DNA of 64,000 nt from Camelus ferus (lineage: Eukaryota). Location: positions 26,972,001 through 27,036,000 of the forward strand of contig NC_045697.1 in assembly GCF_009834535.1 (NCBI RefSeq), read 5' to 3'. This document shows positions 1-11,159 of the stretch, in pieces (position 1 is the stretch's first letter; every line of letters starts with the position of its first letter). The position numbers were made by a program, and so were the translations under genes. Below the pieces are notes generated by a model. The model saw only the letters and a program-made list of their open reading frames with translations. It searched no databases and was not told where the DNA came from.

Positions 1-813
1 TTTTGCTGTGAAGACGGCACCACCATTGTGAATTTTAAATTGATCCCCGACTGTCCAGACATCATCGTGTTTATCACATCGGCCGAGACGGTGAATATCT
101 GGAGTCTGACAGAAGAAGTGATCTGTCGCCGTGTGCAACTGCCAAACAACTTCCTGAAAAATCTAGAGGATTTTGAAATCTCCCCGAATGGAAAGCTAGG
201 CATTATTTCCAGGGGAGACGAAAATATCAACGTGCTAGACTTACACAGCGGTAAATTACGGGTGGTTCATGCCTCTGGGGTCATCTGGAGGCAGAGGCTG
301 TCTCGAGACGGTCGCTACCTGGTATACATTTGTTTCCGAAACGGGGAGGAAGAGGATGAAAACGGTGCGCTATCCAGTTTGATTGTCATGAGACTGGCCG
401 ACGGCAAAAATATCGGTGCTTGTTCCCTTTACAAAACACCAACTTTTCTCGCCCTCTCCCAGAGGCACCTGAACATCATTGTAGGTTTTGACGACGGGAG
501 CGTAGGGATATACACCGTGGTGGACCGCGTGGATGCTGCGCTGAAAATTAAAATCGCCACGTCAAACAGCAGACAGATCTTCAACAGCACGACGCAGGCA
601 TCCAGGCCAAAGTGCCATCGTTACTGTTTCAAAGTGTCTGTGGATTGCCTGTGGAGAGAGTCTACTGAGGTCTTTGCAAGAGACAGTCCCATCACAGTGA
701 GTGACTCCACGGAGCCCAACGAGGCCACGCCTTCCAGGAAACACAACTCTTGCTACGACCGGGTGTGCTCCGCCCTGGAATCTAGGGGCCACAGCTATGC
801 CCCTGACAACTGA
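1..813 (+). CDS. NWD2: Last coding exon (5'-truncated by window edge) of NACHT and WD repeat domain-containing protein 2; C-terminal WD40 region
   Basis: Frame 1 is open from base 1 (FCCEDGTTIVNFKLIPDCPDII...) to TGA at 811-813. It has WD40-like strands (VNIWSL, FEISPNGKLG, INVLDL, RLSRDGRYL, IIVGFDDGSVGIY). The C-terminus ...HNSCYDRVCSALESRGHSYAPDN matches NWD2/KIAA1239 as I recall it. The ORF-track start at 28 is an internal GTG (Val), not an initiator. Confidence 0.93.
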   Translation, partial: FCCEDGTTIVNFKLIPDCPDIIVFITSAETVNIWSLTEEVICRRVQLPNNFLKNLEDFEISPNGKLGIISRGDENINVLDLHSGKLRVVHASGVIWRQRLSRDGRYLVYICFRNGEEEDENGALSSLIVMRLADGKNIGACSLYKTPTFLALSQRHLNIIVGFDDGSVGIYTVVDRVDAALKIKIATSNSRQIFNSTTQASRPKCHRYCFKVSVDCLWRESTEVFARDSPITVSDSTEPNEATPSRKHNSCYDRVCSALESRGHSYAPDN

Positions 814-2205
814 CAAATGTTTTTCCTGCTCACATATATAAAGAAAGAAAAATCTCTGTATCCCAGATGATAAACCACTCATTCTTAAAAAACAGGAAAG
901 ATGCTAGAGTTCCAGTATTAATTATTAATGTGCTCATGAAATGTACAGATGTGTGAAATTGCGTTTAGGTTTTTTTTTTTTTTTTGGTCAAAGCTCATCC
1001 AGGAAGAAAGTCTTGACAGAGAATTTCTAGAAATCACATTTACATGGCTATGTCACCTGGAAGTTAGAGGGTAGTTTTAAAATTAACTGTGTGGGAAGAA
1101 GCAGCTTAACTCATCCCATTATGCAGATGAGAGAGGAGCGAGCTATATACGGACCATTTGGACTGGAGTTAGCTCTACAGGAAATGATCGAAATTGTGAA
1201 ATTGCTGCTTGACTTCAAATGATTGTGTGGATCACTAAACACAGCCTTAATCTCTCCTTACATTTTACAATCCTGACAACTGTGTAAATCCAGTCTGCAG
1301 AGGGAAGGTCTAAAGGTGCAAAATAACGTAACAAAATGGCCCAGGTGTGCCCCCAGTTTCCTGAGAGAAAGGACATGAAGGGCGAGGCCGCAGGCTGGAC
1401 TGGGACAAGAGCTCCCTACCACTATCACAGGGCTATTGAACATGCAGCCGTCTTCTTTCAAATACAGTTGTGACAACTGCATGCAAGGGTTTCTGTATAA
1501 CAGAACATCCGGTTTTTAACCTATTTCCTGGGCTGCAAAAGAACACTTTTAATAAGAAACCACAATCTTTTCATGTCTTTTTGAAATGCCCATTTGTGCT
1601 GGGTGTAAAGAAGAGTTGCAGGAAAGGGCATTACAGATTCAGTCAAAACACCTGTTCATTTCTGTCATTGTACTAACAACAGTCTGTGCAATAGAAATCA
1701 GTTGTTCAGAAGCGTAAATTATTTCCTAGGCCCCTGCAGTAAATCTTAGTAGAAGGAAAGCTTTCTTGACTTGCCATCTATGGAATACGGATGACATCTG
1801 CCTTACTCTCATTCCTCCTCTGTCCTGTGTAAAACGCAGATAGATGACCAAATACTCTGGGACAAACTGAATATGCCTGTCTTTGTGCTAAAATATTCCA
1901 CAGATCTTAAGGGTGTCCAAAGGCTCTTATTGTCCCTGTGTGAAATTACTGTCTTACTTCTACTCACTCTATGTGTGCACCCTTCTTGATCTGTCTCCCT
2001 TTCTGCCTAAGGACTCTTCGGAGCCTTTCATAGTCTTATCTGTTTCAAAGCAGAAGCTGTGAAATGGTATTCGATGTTTTTTAAAAGCTACTTTACCTAT
2101 TTAGAAGAAAATATTACATCCCAAAAGGGGAACGTGATTTTCTTCCTTCCATATTCTTCTCATGGCATGTCCCTGGATAACTCTCCAAAGGGTGTCAGTA
2201 GTGAT

Positions 2206-2225
2206 GGTTTGGTTTGGTTTGGTTT
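2206..2225. repeat. (GGTTT)4 microsatellite in 3' UTR
   Basis: Read directly from the sequence. Confidence 0.9.
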
Positions 2226-2319
2226 GATTTGAAAGGGCCAGTGGTGACTTGTGTAGGCAGAATAATGAACAAGGAACTGACTCACTTTCAGTCCAGCTCC
2301 ACCTTGAACTCATCAACTA

Positions 2320-2445
2320 TCCGTAGGTAGATCCTTAACCTCCCAAATGTATTGTTTTTGTAAACTGCAGAATAAAGGTAGTGATAGCTTCTGCTGTTGC
2401 CCTCATAGGGATGTTGGGGAGAAACATGAGAAAAAAAGAGCATGA
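2320..2445 (+). mobile_element. Degenerate MIR SINE in NWD2 3' UTR
   Basis: cttaacctc...tgtaaa...cctcatagggatgttggggagaaacatgag resembles the MIR core. Confidence 0.45.
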
Positions 2446-3063
2446 CATCTTAATTGTTAATGCTAATGGAAGAAACAAAGTGATCTAACCTATAGGGAAT
2501 CCAAGTCAACTGTATTTCACTTTGGAAAGCAATTTGACACATAAGCATACAGAGATGTGATTCAGATATAAACACCCCACTCGTTGGTGAAAGACTTTTT
2601 CAGTATGTTCCTCCTGGCCTAGCTACCAGCCGGGGAGGTGGAAGCCCAGAGGAGGCTCAGCCCATGTACAGATCACCTGGAGTAGATTGTATGAATCAGT
2701 GCTTTTTTTAGCTCTTCGAGGCAACACATTCTTATTCTTGTCCTTATCAGTTGGACCTCCATGCTACACATTTCTCAGAATTAAATGCCTAGGTGGATTA
2801 AATGTAGTGTGTGAATGTTCTATGTAACAGCCAATAGAGTTTAACAAGTGACTTGAATGATTTTTTTCCTAACTTGTTTGCAACTGATAGCTCATATTGA
2901 ATGTTTTTATGTAAACTTTGTATTGTTGGGAAGAATTGCCCAATCAGAGATTTATATTTTCATAAATGTTACATTTAGTTAAATTTTGTTACAGAGTTGT
3001 TACACTAGAAAATTATTGCAGTCTTCAAACAATGTACAGTCTTGTGTATGTATTGTTTGTATG

Positions 3064-3069
3064 AATAAA
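3064..3069 (+). terminator. Polyadenylation signal AATAAA of NWD2
   Basis: AATAAA is preceded by several TGTA motifs (3033-3061) and followed by GT/T-rich tgtttgtttttctc (~3095-3108). Repeat-rich DNA begins shortly after. Confidence 0.75.
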
Positions 3070-3179
3070 AGATAAACAGCTTAGATTTGCATAGTGTTTG
3101 TTTTTCTCCTCCAACTTTGGCAGGTGTAGTTAAGAGATCTTCAGTAAAAATAACAATAATTATTCCTGTACACGAAGCA

Positions 3180-3295
3180 TTTTTTTTGGAGCTTTGCATG
3201 TATTAAGCCACGCAATCTTCACAACAGCCATATGAGATAGGTACTGTATTCCAAATGTACAGATGAAGAAACTAAAAACAGAGGAACAGATGGAC
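3180..3295 (-). mobile_element. MIR SINE
   Basis: cttcacaacagccatatgagataggtact...tacagatgaagaaact is the reverse complement of the MIR core. Confidence 0.7.
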
Positions 3296-4219
3296 AGGAT
3301 TTCAATACCCACCAATGTCTTTTTTTGTTAACTTCTGAAAGCACATAAAAATAAAGCTTTGAGCATCCAGTAGGCACTTACTGATAATGACCTTTAAGAT
3401 ATTTTCTAACTTGCAGATTAGAGACCAGGCAAGGCTCTAAAGCTCACTGGAAGGCTTTGCAAACTCCCAGGGTTTTCAGGTATAACCGCAATAGCTGAAG
3501 TATTCATTCAGCAAATATTTACTTGGTCATGCATTTTGCCAGGAATACAGAGGCTGATAAAATAGGTTATACCTTCTAGGATATCACAGTCTTATAACAG
3601 GAAACAGGACACAAGCTCTCTGTGTGAGTGCCAGGGCTGTGTGCTTCCCTCTGGGGCTTGGGGCAGAGGTGGGAAGGAGAGTCACCCAGAGGCCGTCCTA
3701 CTCATGAACTGCCTCCAGGTGAGAGAGCAGGGCCAAGGGGGAAGCTTCCCATATGCACTTTCGTTTTTCCCTTGTTGCCTCTGGAATCTCAGAATTCCCC
3801 ACACACACATACCAAAAAAAAATTTTTTTTAAACAAAGGAGTAATGGAGAGCTTAAGTGATGATAACTAGGAAATAACCAGGTGAAATCTTGTATCTAGT
3901 TTCATGAAACATCCTCAGAGAAACTTAAAATCAGATTTTAAAAAAATTGAAGAAATTATCTGTTGGGTTTGATCTTCACGTGGCTGAGACTGACTTCTGT
4001 TTAAAATGTACTTCCTTTGAAAACAATCCCATTACCCATGCTGGGGAATTCCTTCTTGGATTCTGCTCTAAATTCTTGAGGTTGAAGTCTACACTTTCTT
4101 TTCTTTCGGTTCTCAGAGAAAATGTAGAGGAAGGGATCACTCTTATTTGCATAAAAGCACTTCATATGCGTGAAGTCTGCTGTTTAATAAAATACCTGCT
4201 TTCCTAGGGGCAAGAGCAC

Positions 4220-5150
4220 AACAAACACTGCTTGCTATGTCCAAGGCATTATGCTATGCCTAGGATGAGAAGTCAGCCATGCACACCCCCTGCCCTCCAG
4301 AATCCTACCATCTAAAGGAGGCAACTAAATTAGAGGTAAGACAGACTGTGATTTTAAAAAAAGAAAGAAAGAAAGTTGTTAATAAAAGTGATAGATGCTG
4401 AGGATATACTGCAGAGGAGCAATAACTCTAACTGGGAATCAAAAAGGATGGCCTAGAGGAGATGACAGAGCAGAATCTTGAAGGATAAACAGGATTTAGC
4501 TGTCAGAATGTCAGAAAGACATTTCTCAGGTGGAGGAAGCTATGTGAGCAAAAACAGGGTGAGACAAAGGACATTTGGATGACTTCAGATGCTATGTGGA
4601 GATGTTAAATTTTATTTGGTAGCCAAGAGGGAATCGTGAAAAAGTTTTTGAGAAGGGGAGTGGTCTAGTTGAATGGTGTTCTAGAATGACTGGGGCAGTA
4701 CTATGTCAGATGGACTAGAGATGGGAGAGACAAGAAGCTGGGAGGCCAGTAAAGAGACTATTGCAAAGATCTGAGATAGAAAGTCTAAGAAATTTTTTTC
4801 TTTTTCTTTCTTTATTTTTAATTTGGTTTCTTTAATTGAAGTGTAGTTGATTTACAATGTTAGTTTTAGCAAAGCAATTCAGTTAAGAAAGTATAAGAAC
4901 TTCACCTTAGGGCAGTGGCAGTGAAATTGCTAAGAGGAGTGGCTTCAGGACTTCACTGATAGAGGTGGGTGACAAAAGGGACACTCAGATAATTCCAGTT
5001 CCAATTGAAATCAGGCAGAGAGTACAATTACAAATGTAAAATGAGTAGGTTAGGAGATGAAAATGAGGGAAATGATAAAGTTGGACCCAGAGAGTTTAAA
5101 AGTTAAGACACCCACGTGGGCAATTGTAAGTAGACTATCCATACAATGGA
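4220..5150 (-). mobile_element. L2 LINE remnant, interrupted by a short L1 fragment
   Basis: Purine-rich L2-type motifs (cctgccctccagaatcctaccatcta; ggaggccagtaaagagactattgca). Confidence 0.6.
4792..4885 (-). mobile_element. Very short L1 3'-end insertion with 14-bp TSD
   Basis: T-rich tail then aattgaagtgtagttgatttacaatgt, typical of artiodactyl L1 3' ends. Flanked by agaaagtctaagaa (4778-4791) and agaaagtataagaa (4886-4899). Confidence 0.75.
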
Positions 5151-5199
5151 CAAATCTGAGCTAAGGATAAAGAATCCAACCAGTTATCTCTTTCTCAAA

Positions 5200-5367
5200 A
5201 GTCTAAAATGCCTAATACGGTGCTTTTTTTGGTTATAATGTAAGCCAATACTATAACCTTTTTAAAAGTTTACCTCTTCTTCAGAATGGAGTTTTGAGTC
5301 CTCAGAAATGTTCACCAAATAAAACATAACTCTCAACTTTTAGGCTGTGCATTTATTTCAGTCAACA
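5200..5367 (+). mobile_element. ERV LTR 3' fragment (R/U5)
   Basis: aataaaacataactctcaacttttaggctgtgcatttatttcagtcaaca: a poly(A) signal plus a terminal ...TCAACA, resembling artiodactyl ERV1 LTR ends. Confidence 0.5.
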
Positions 5368-5772
5368 GAATCATATTGACAAATTCAGAACTATACTGAA
5401 AAATCCACTCAAACAAATTAGTTTTCCTGTCTTCCATGATTCATATGCCAATGAAAACCGAAACACACCTAAAAACCTAAGTGAATCATGGCATTTCATC
5501 CCCACATGCATAAAGAAACCATAGGTTTTTCTTCTGTATTTTTATGGAGGTCCCCTCCGAGCTCCCTTTGGCATTCCACGTAACCTGCATGAAGTACAGA
5601 TTACACTTCATACAGACCCATCAAAAGGTTCAGTTTCAGTGTAGGAAAAACATGACAAGTTATGTAACACTGGTAATCTGAGGTTACCAGTAACACCAAC
5701 ACCTCTGGCTTTACAGAACTCCAGCCTTTAGTAGATGAGGGAAACTTAGCCAGCTGCTTGAACATGCTCAGG

Positions 5773-5950
5773 GCAGTGGTTCGCACACTAGAACGTGCAC
5801 TGTTTGTTAAAATGCAGATTATTTTACCCTCTCTGCCCCAGCTGTTTCTACATAGGTATGTCCTGGGCAGAACCCAAGAATCTGCATTTTTACTAAATTC
5901 CTCCAGATGATGCTGATTCTGCTAGTCTGGGAGTTACACTTTAGAACCCA
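5773..5950. mobile_element. MER5-type hAT-Charlie MITE
   Basis: cagtggtt...tgttaaaatgcagatt...agaatctgcatttttac...gatgctgattctgctagtctgg...cactttagaa. Confidence 0.75.
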
Positions 5951-6336
5951 AGATAAATACCAGTCTTTTTGGTCAGAATAACCTAACTGATAAACATACC
6001 AGTATCTTGTGGACATTACTAGAAGTTAGACAGGAGGGTCCTTTGTTGTGACAGAGGGTTTTATGAGAAAGTGGTGTAAAACGGCATATAACGTCCCTCA
6101 TCAATCGATCATGTTCAAGCATGCAGCTACTGCACAAGCGGGAAGATTCAAAAACCGAGTTTTCCTCCATAAAGCGTGGCAAATGTCGCCGTGTTAAATG
6201 GCGCCAGAATCACTGGCACGCATTAAGAACTAAGGGCAGAACGTCCACTTTCAATAGTATCCTGCCCTGTTGCTTCTCCAGCATCCTGTTTTATATCCTG
6301 ACTCTCCCTGAATGGATGAAGGGGAGAGGAGAGGAC

Positions 6337-6654
6337 AAGCTAGGTGGCGCCGTTGCTTAACACATTTTCCTGTCAAGCCCAACACTGACGCACTAGGGCG
6401 CACAGGTGCAAAGAATTTACAACCCTTGAGTGCTGTTTCAGAGTAAAGCAACCAGCTCACCACTCACCTGAGGTGTTGCAACAAGCACGGGCGTGGAGCT
6501 CAGGAGAGTGGCCGCAGTGTGGCAGCCAAGGTTCTAACACTCCCGGAGAAGAGAGGGAAGTTGTGGGTCGGGGAAGCATGACTTCGCTGAACTCCCACTG
6601 TGGTCTTGGGGTGCAGCGTGTGCCACGTCCCTGGGAATTCTCACCTGGTGGCGT
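6337..6654 (+). promoter_or_regulatory. Same-strand CTCF-like motifs upstream of the CpG island
   Basis: AAGCTAGGTGGCGC (6337-6350) and TCACCTGGTGGCGT (6641-6654) resemble the CTCF core CCACYAGRKGGCRS. A weaker match CCGCAGTGTGGCAG is at 6512-6525. Confidence 0.45.
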
Positions 6655-7099
6655 CTGCGCTCTTCCCCAGATCATCCCGCCCATAAAGGCAGGCGAACTG
6701 TGCGCACAATGGGTGTAAATGGCTAAGGCCAGAGCTGAGGAGGAAACAGAAACACAAGTTCACAGGGATAAGGGGTGGGGGGCAGATCTCTTTGCCAGGG
6801 AGAGCACTTATTTATCTCCTCCACTTACGTCCTGAATCCAAGGAAAAGCACGACGGAAAAGTGGGCAGCAAAAAGTTCCCCAGCGCGGGCGGGCGGCTGG
6901 CACGCAGCCTGGGCGTCGGCGGTAGAGGCCGAGCCCCGGGGTGCTCTTCGGTGCGCGCCGCTGGCCGGTGCGGTCTCCGGGGCCCCCGCGCGGCGCGGGC
7001 CGCGCAGGTAAAGGGTTACGCGGGCCCGGGAGGCTCGCCCGCCGGCCGGGCCACGTGACACGCCGGCCCAATGACGGCGCCGGGGCGGCTTCTGCGAGC

Positions 7100-7213
7100 G
7101 CGGCGGGTCCGGGCTGCGCTGAGCCGCTGGCGTTTCCCGGCGCGGCCGCCCGAGGCCGGCGAAGCCATGGGCGCCGCGACCCCGCCGCCGCCGCCGCCGC
7201 CGCCCGGCCCCAG
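7100..7213 (+). other. C4orf19: Probable first exon (5' leader) of C4orf19/PGCKA1; donor CAG|GTAGGG with intron starting at 7214
   Basis: A good 5' splice site sits at the 3' edge of the island, downstream of the E-box/CCAAT. Gene identity is inferred only from recalled human gene order (NWD2 then C4orf19, same strand). No coding exon of this gene is recognisable in the window. The start coordinate is a guess. Confidence 0.6.
7182..7202. repeat. (CCG)7 trinucleotide repeat
   Basis: Read directly from the sequence. Confidence 0.95.
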
Positions 7214-9699
7214 GTAGGGACCGTCTCTCGCCCCGCGCGCCGGGAGCACAGGGGCTTGACTCCCGCGGAACTTGGCTTTGTGGCATTAGTTCCCCCACTT
7301 TTCTCGCCGTGCATTTTTATTCCCCTATTTCCTTTTGCCGTGAAAAAAGAAAGAAGGAAAAAAGCTGGGGGGGGGGGGTGAAGCAATTCTCAGTCTGATT
7401 GCTTCGGAAAAGTCTGGTCGTTCAACAGAGGCACAGAGGGGCAAAATCCAATCTCGGTGGGATGGGGAAACTTTTACAAATCCCCCCAAACTAAAGACCA
7501 AGACAGTGTGTAAGGCTTTGCCCCGAATTTGTATATGAAACACTTTTGTTTTAAAATCTCTGATCAGTGAACTTTCAACCGTGTCTGAGAACTTGATTTG
7601 GGAAAACTGCAAGAGATTTTCCTCTTATTTCTAACTGTCGCCCTCCCACCGTCCCCCTTATTTTTAAGCATCTGGGTGTTTTTAAGTAAAACGGACATGG
7701 AAGGTGACCGCCGCTGTTTCTTTGAAATGTCCTTGGGTCCCAGGATGTGCTCCCCTTGGGGTGCTGGCGCCTTGGGTGGCGATGAGTGGGGTGAGGGTAG
7801 AGGGTGCAGTGCTAAGAAGGGGCACGCACGTGTTGAAGGGTCACAAAAACTGCTGAATATCTGATAGTTGGGGAGGCACCTCCCAGGTCAATTACGTGGG
7901 TCTCATTGACCTTGGCAGTCCGGATGAGTGTGAGATTTTCACAAACCACCACTGAACAATTTTTCCAATGATATAAGACAGAAATCAGTGTTTTCTTTTT
8001 TTCCCTCCAGCGCCATAATTAACCTTAAAAACAAAACAAAAACTTCCTTTAGTAATTTAGTACATTCTATTTTCCATTGTGGTATAGATGTTTGCCCAAT
8101 GAATTTAGAGGAAGTCAGTGTTCCAGGAGATGTTCAAATCATTAAAGAATAGGGTATTTATTTTCTCCCTGTCACTGTGAGAATTACTGATGGCGCATCT
8201 CACCATGGCTTATGGATGTTCCTGGGTGATTATAAACAAGCTATTTAAGAAACATTTGAGAGTTGAATGAGAAAGGAATGGCATCTGGTTGCTGCTTTTA
8301 AGGACAACAGATTCTTTATTTGCCACTCAGCCCCACATTTACACTTCCAGGTAACACTATTTTAAGGAGACATGTTAAAGTCTTCTAAGGCTAAACACCT
8401 GTGTCTATAGAACACCTGAACAGTCATGAGGTCGATCACTGAAACCATGACAAAGCTCTGAAGGTAGAGTTCTGGGGTTATTTGTATTTCTCTTGAGTGT
8501 GAAGAGTCAGTTATGGGAAGCTGCCTTGATCACAGAGGCCAAATGGCACAGACAGAGAGAGAAGGAGGCAGGGTTTTGACTTCTTTTTCTTCTTAGCTCA
8601 CTCTATGTACATTCAGATCCTGTTCTTTGATTCAGCAAGTATGGTATAGGCACCTGTCTCATAGCATCTGGCCCCAGGGCCTGGTCCTCAAAGGTTCTCA
8701 AGATTTAGCTGGGTAGTGACATCTAAAGATCAACGTGGCTGATCTCAGCTATGTTCTAAGAGCTTCTGCATACCTGGAATTTAAAACAAAACAGTAACTT
8801 GCATACCCACTAAATATGTGTATTAGCCTAGGAATGGAATGACCCCCCTCATTTCCCACCTAGTCCTTGTCTGAACCTGGAAACACAACCAGGCTAAGCT
8901 CTGGCCTGAATCCAGTCCCAGCCCAAGGGCAGAGCAGGTACTGCCCTCTTTGCTCCAGGAACTGCCCTGCCCTTGGTGCCCCAAGAGCCCACTGATTGCA
9001 CTTCCAGGAATGAACTCCAGTTTCCAGATAACTGAATACCAGCCTCCTGGTAGCTGAGTTTTCTCCACCTGGACTATTTCAAATTCCCCTAGTTCCACAA
9101 TTTTTTCAATAACCCAGAATTGTGGGCTCTTTTTGGTTCTTGGTTAAATAGTACCTAGCTCCTGATCTTTTTTCTTCTTCCTTTTTTGTAATGTTAGATG
9201 ATCTGGTTGCAGGCAGACTTACTACGTATCTAGAAAAGAGGAGTCGATAGGCTTATCCTGGGGGAGGGCAGACTTGAGCCCCGGCCATCTGCAGGTCAAA
9301 TGGGTCACCCCAATATAGCCTTTCTTAGTCTGGTTATTACCTGAGTGCTGTTTAAGAAAATAAAATAAAAATCAAATCTTGTCTACTCGGTGCGCCCTTC
9401 TCACCTGAGAATGTCATGTTCCCACAGAGACTGGAATCTTTGAAAGAAACATATATCATCAAAATGGCCCTATCCTAAAGCATGCTTGTAATACACCCTT
9501 CAAGTGAATATGTGTCCTGAAGCAGATACTTAAAAGAACTCAAAATACTGACTCAGTGTCATCAAGCATCTTAGAAGAGACACACCAGAGCTGCAGTGAA
9601 TAGTATTAACATGAGACAAAGGGAATATCATGTCTCAAATTTTACCATGAGCAGTGAACTCTGTTCTTTTCCGGGTACAGGTGGCTCTCTCAAATTAAA

Positions 9700-9950
9700 T
9701 GCCCTCGCCTTAGAGGCATGTTTGTAGACACTTGGCCAGTGCTAAGGACACAGTCCTTGCCTTCAGGGATCTTCCAGTCTTCAGAGAAGCCCTTGGAGGA
9801 TTTTCAGCAGAGCAGGTCTGTGTTTCAGAAAGTTCATTCCAGCTGCGATGAGAAGAAGGAAATGGGGAAGATACAAGCAAGGCAGCTGCTGTAAAAATCC
9901 ACACAAGAGGAGAGAGAGGAGTGAATTGATTCCAAAGATACTTAGGCAAA
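9700..9950 (-). mobile_element. L2 remnant
   Basis: cacagtccttgccttcagggatcttccagtct...tgtgtttcagaaagttcattccagctgc. Confidence 0.5.
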
Positions 9951-11159
9951 GGTGGTGTTTAAAATATTAACTCAAAGAAAATATTAGATGACTCAAGTCT
10001 CTGAAGCTCATTTACATGTCATTTCAAAATACACTTGTTCCAGGTAGATAACCATAAGCCACATCTCGTCGCAATGCTGTCCCTACTGACTGTACTTACT
10101 CTTGGGCCCCACATCGTTTGTTTCTATCACAGAAAAGAGGTTTTGATAAAGAATGAGCCAATGTTTTTTTTTCATGCTTTCAACACCCTGGTGCTTCTTT
10201 ATGTAGACTTGAATATGTGCATCTGAAGACAAAGTTAAGGTAAACTCTTATCCTCGTATTGTACACACATTCCCTGATTTAGCACAATTCCTCCCTGGAA
10301 TAAAAATATCCTAACTTTTGATTGTGTAGCAGTAATGTCAGTGGGCAATAGAACAGTTTGTTGTTATTGTTTGTTTGCTTGTTTGCTTGTTTTGGTTGGC
10401 CACAGTGTGGCCTGCTGGATGTCACAGGTAAGACTGGATTATGTTCACAGGGTACAGTATTAGAGGCTGTATTCATGGTATGTAAGAAGCACTGATGCCT
10501 GTGAGAGAAGAAAAGCCACCCTAGTTACTGCCACATGTGTAGCTTTTTAATACAATATGTATTTGGATATATTCGTTATTCATTTGTTTATTAGTTCCAG
10601 AGTGAATCTGTACATGAAGGAATTTCAAAACTTTTAAAATTTTGGTGTTAAATCTTTTTCCCCCCATTTGCTAACTGACTACATATCTTGGGTCATTTAT
10701 GTGTGATTAAGTGCAGATTTGATGTGGACTTTACAGCTGTAAAACAGTATCCTCCTTCTTTGGTGACCAGACTGCCCAACCTCAGTCCTTCAGAATATTT
10801 ACTGCAACCTAGAAATAAATAAAAGAAATAAATAAAAGAAGTGCACCTGCAAATAGTTAAGAGCCACAGACTTGGAGTCTCACTAGAACTTACAAGGCAT
10901 TAGTTTTTGATTGCTAATGAGCTTGGCTGTCTGGATTCCTGGCCCACAGCAAGGAGATCCACTTTATAAGTTCAGTGCATGGCTGTTAGGATAAATATGA
11001 AATGTAGTGACAACCAACAGCTCAACAGGGAAGGCAATACCCAGAAGGTTGACTGTGACTAAATTCTAAGTCTGTAAGAAAAGAAAAGTTGGGTTCAGAA
11101 CTATCTGTTAGCAAGGAAATAAGTATTACATTTTGGAAAAATGGATCCTAGTCCTTTTT

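Larger units (their letters stand above)
814..3090 (+). other. NWD2: NWD2 3' UTR (approximate end)
   Basis: Follows the stop codon, is AT-rich with few repeats, and ends at an AATAAA with a downstream GT/T-rich element. Confidence 0.7.
6850..7270. promoter_or_regulatory. CpG island promoter
   Basis: Sharply bounded, very GC-rich, CpG-dense segment in otherwise CpG-poor DNA. Contains GC boxes (GGGCGG ~6887-6896), E-box 7052-7057 and CCAAT 7068-7072. Confidence 0.92.

Noticed and set aside
811..870. Stop context TGA-C and possible read-through of NWD2
   Set aside because: The context is TGA CAA ATG, not the TGA CTAG motif. Read-through would add only 18 codons after the stop, and I have no conservation evidence.
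562..882. 106-aa antisense ORF over the end of NWD2
   Set aside because: A shadow ORF of the real coding strand with no independent support.
6775..7386. Several overlapping 77-192 aa ORFs on both strands over the CpG island
   Set aside because: GC-rich DNA lacks stop codons. The products are low-complexity Ala/Arg/Gly/Pro, mostly with non-ATG starts and no recognisable domain.
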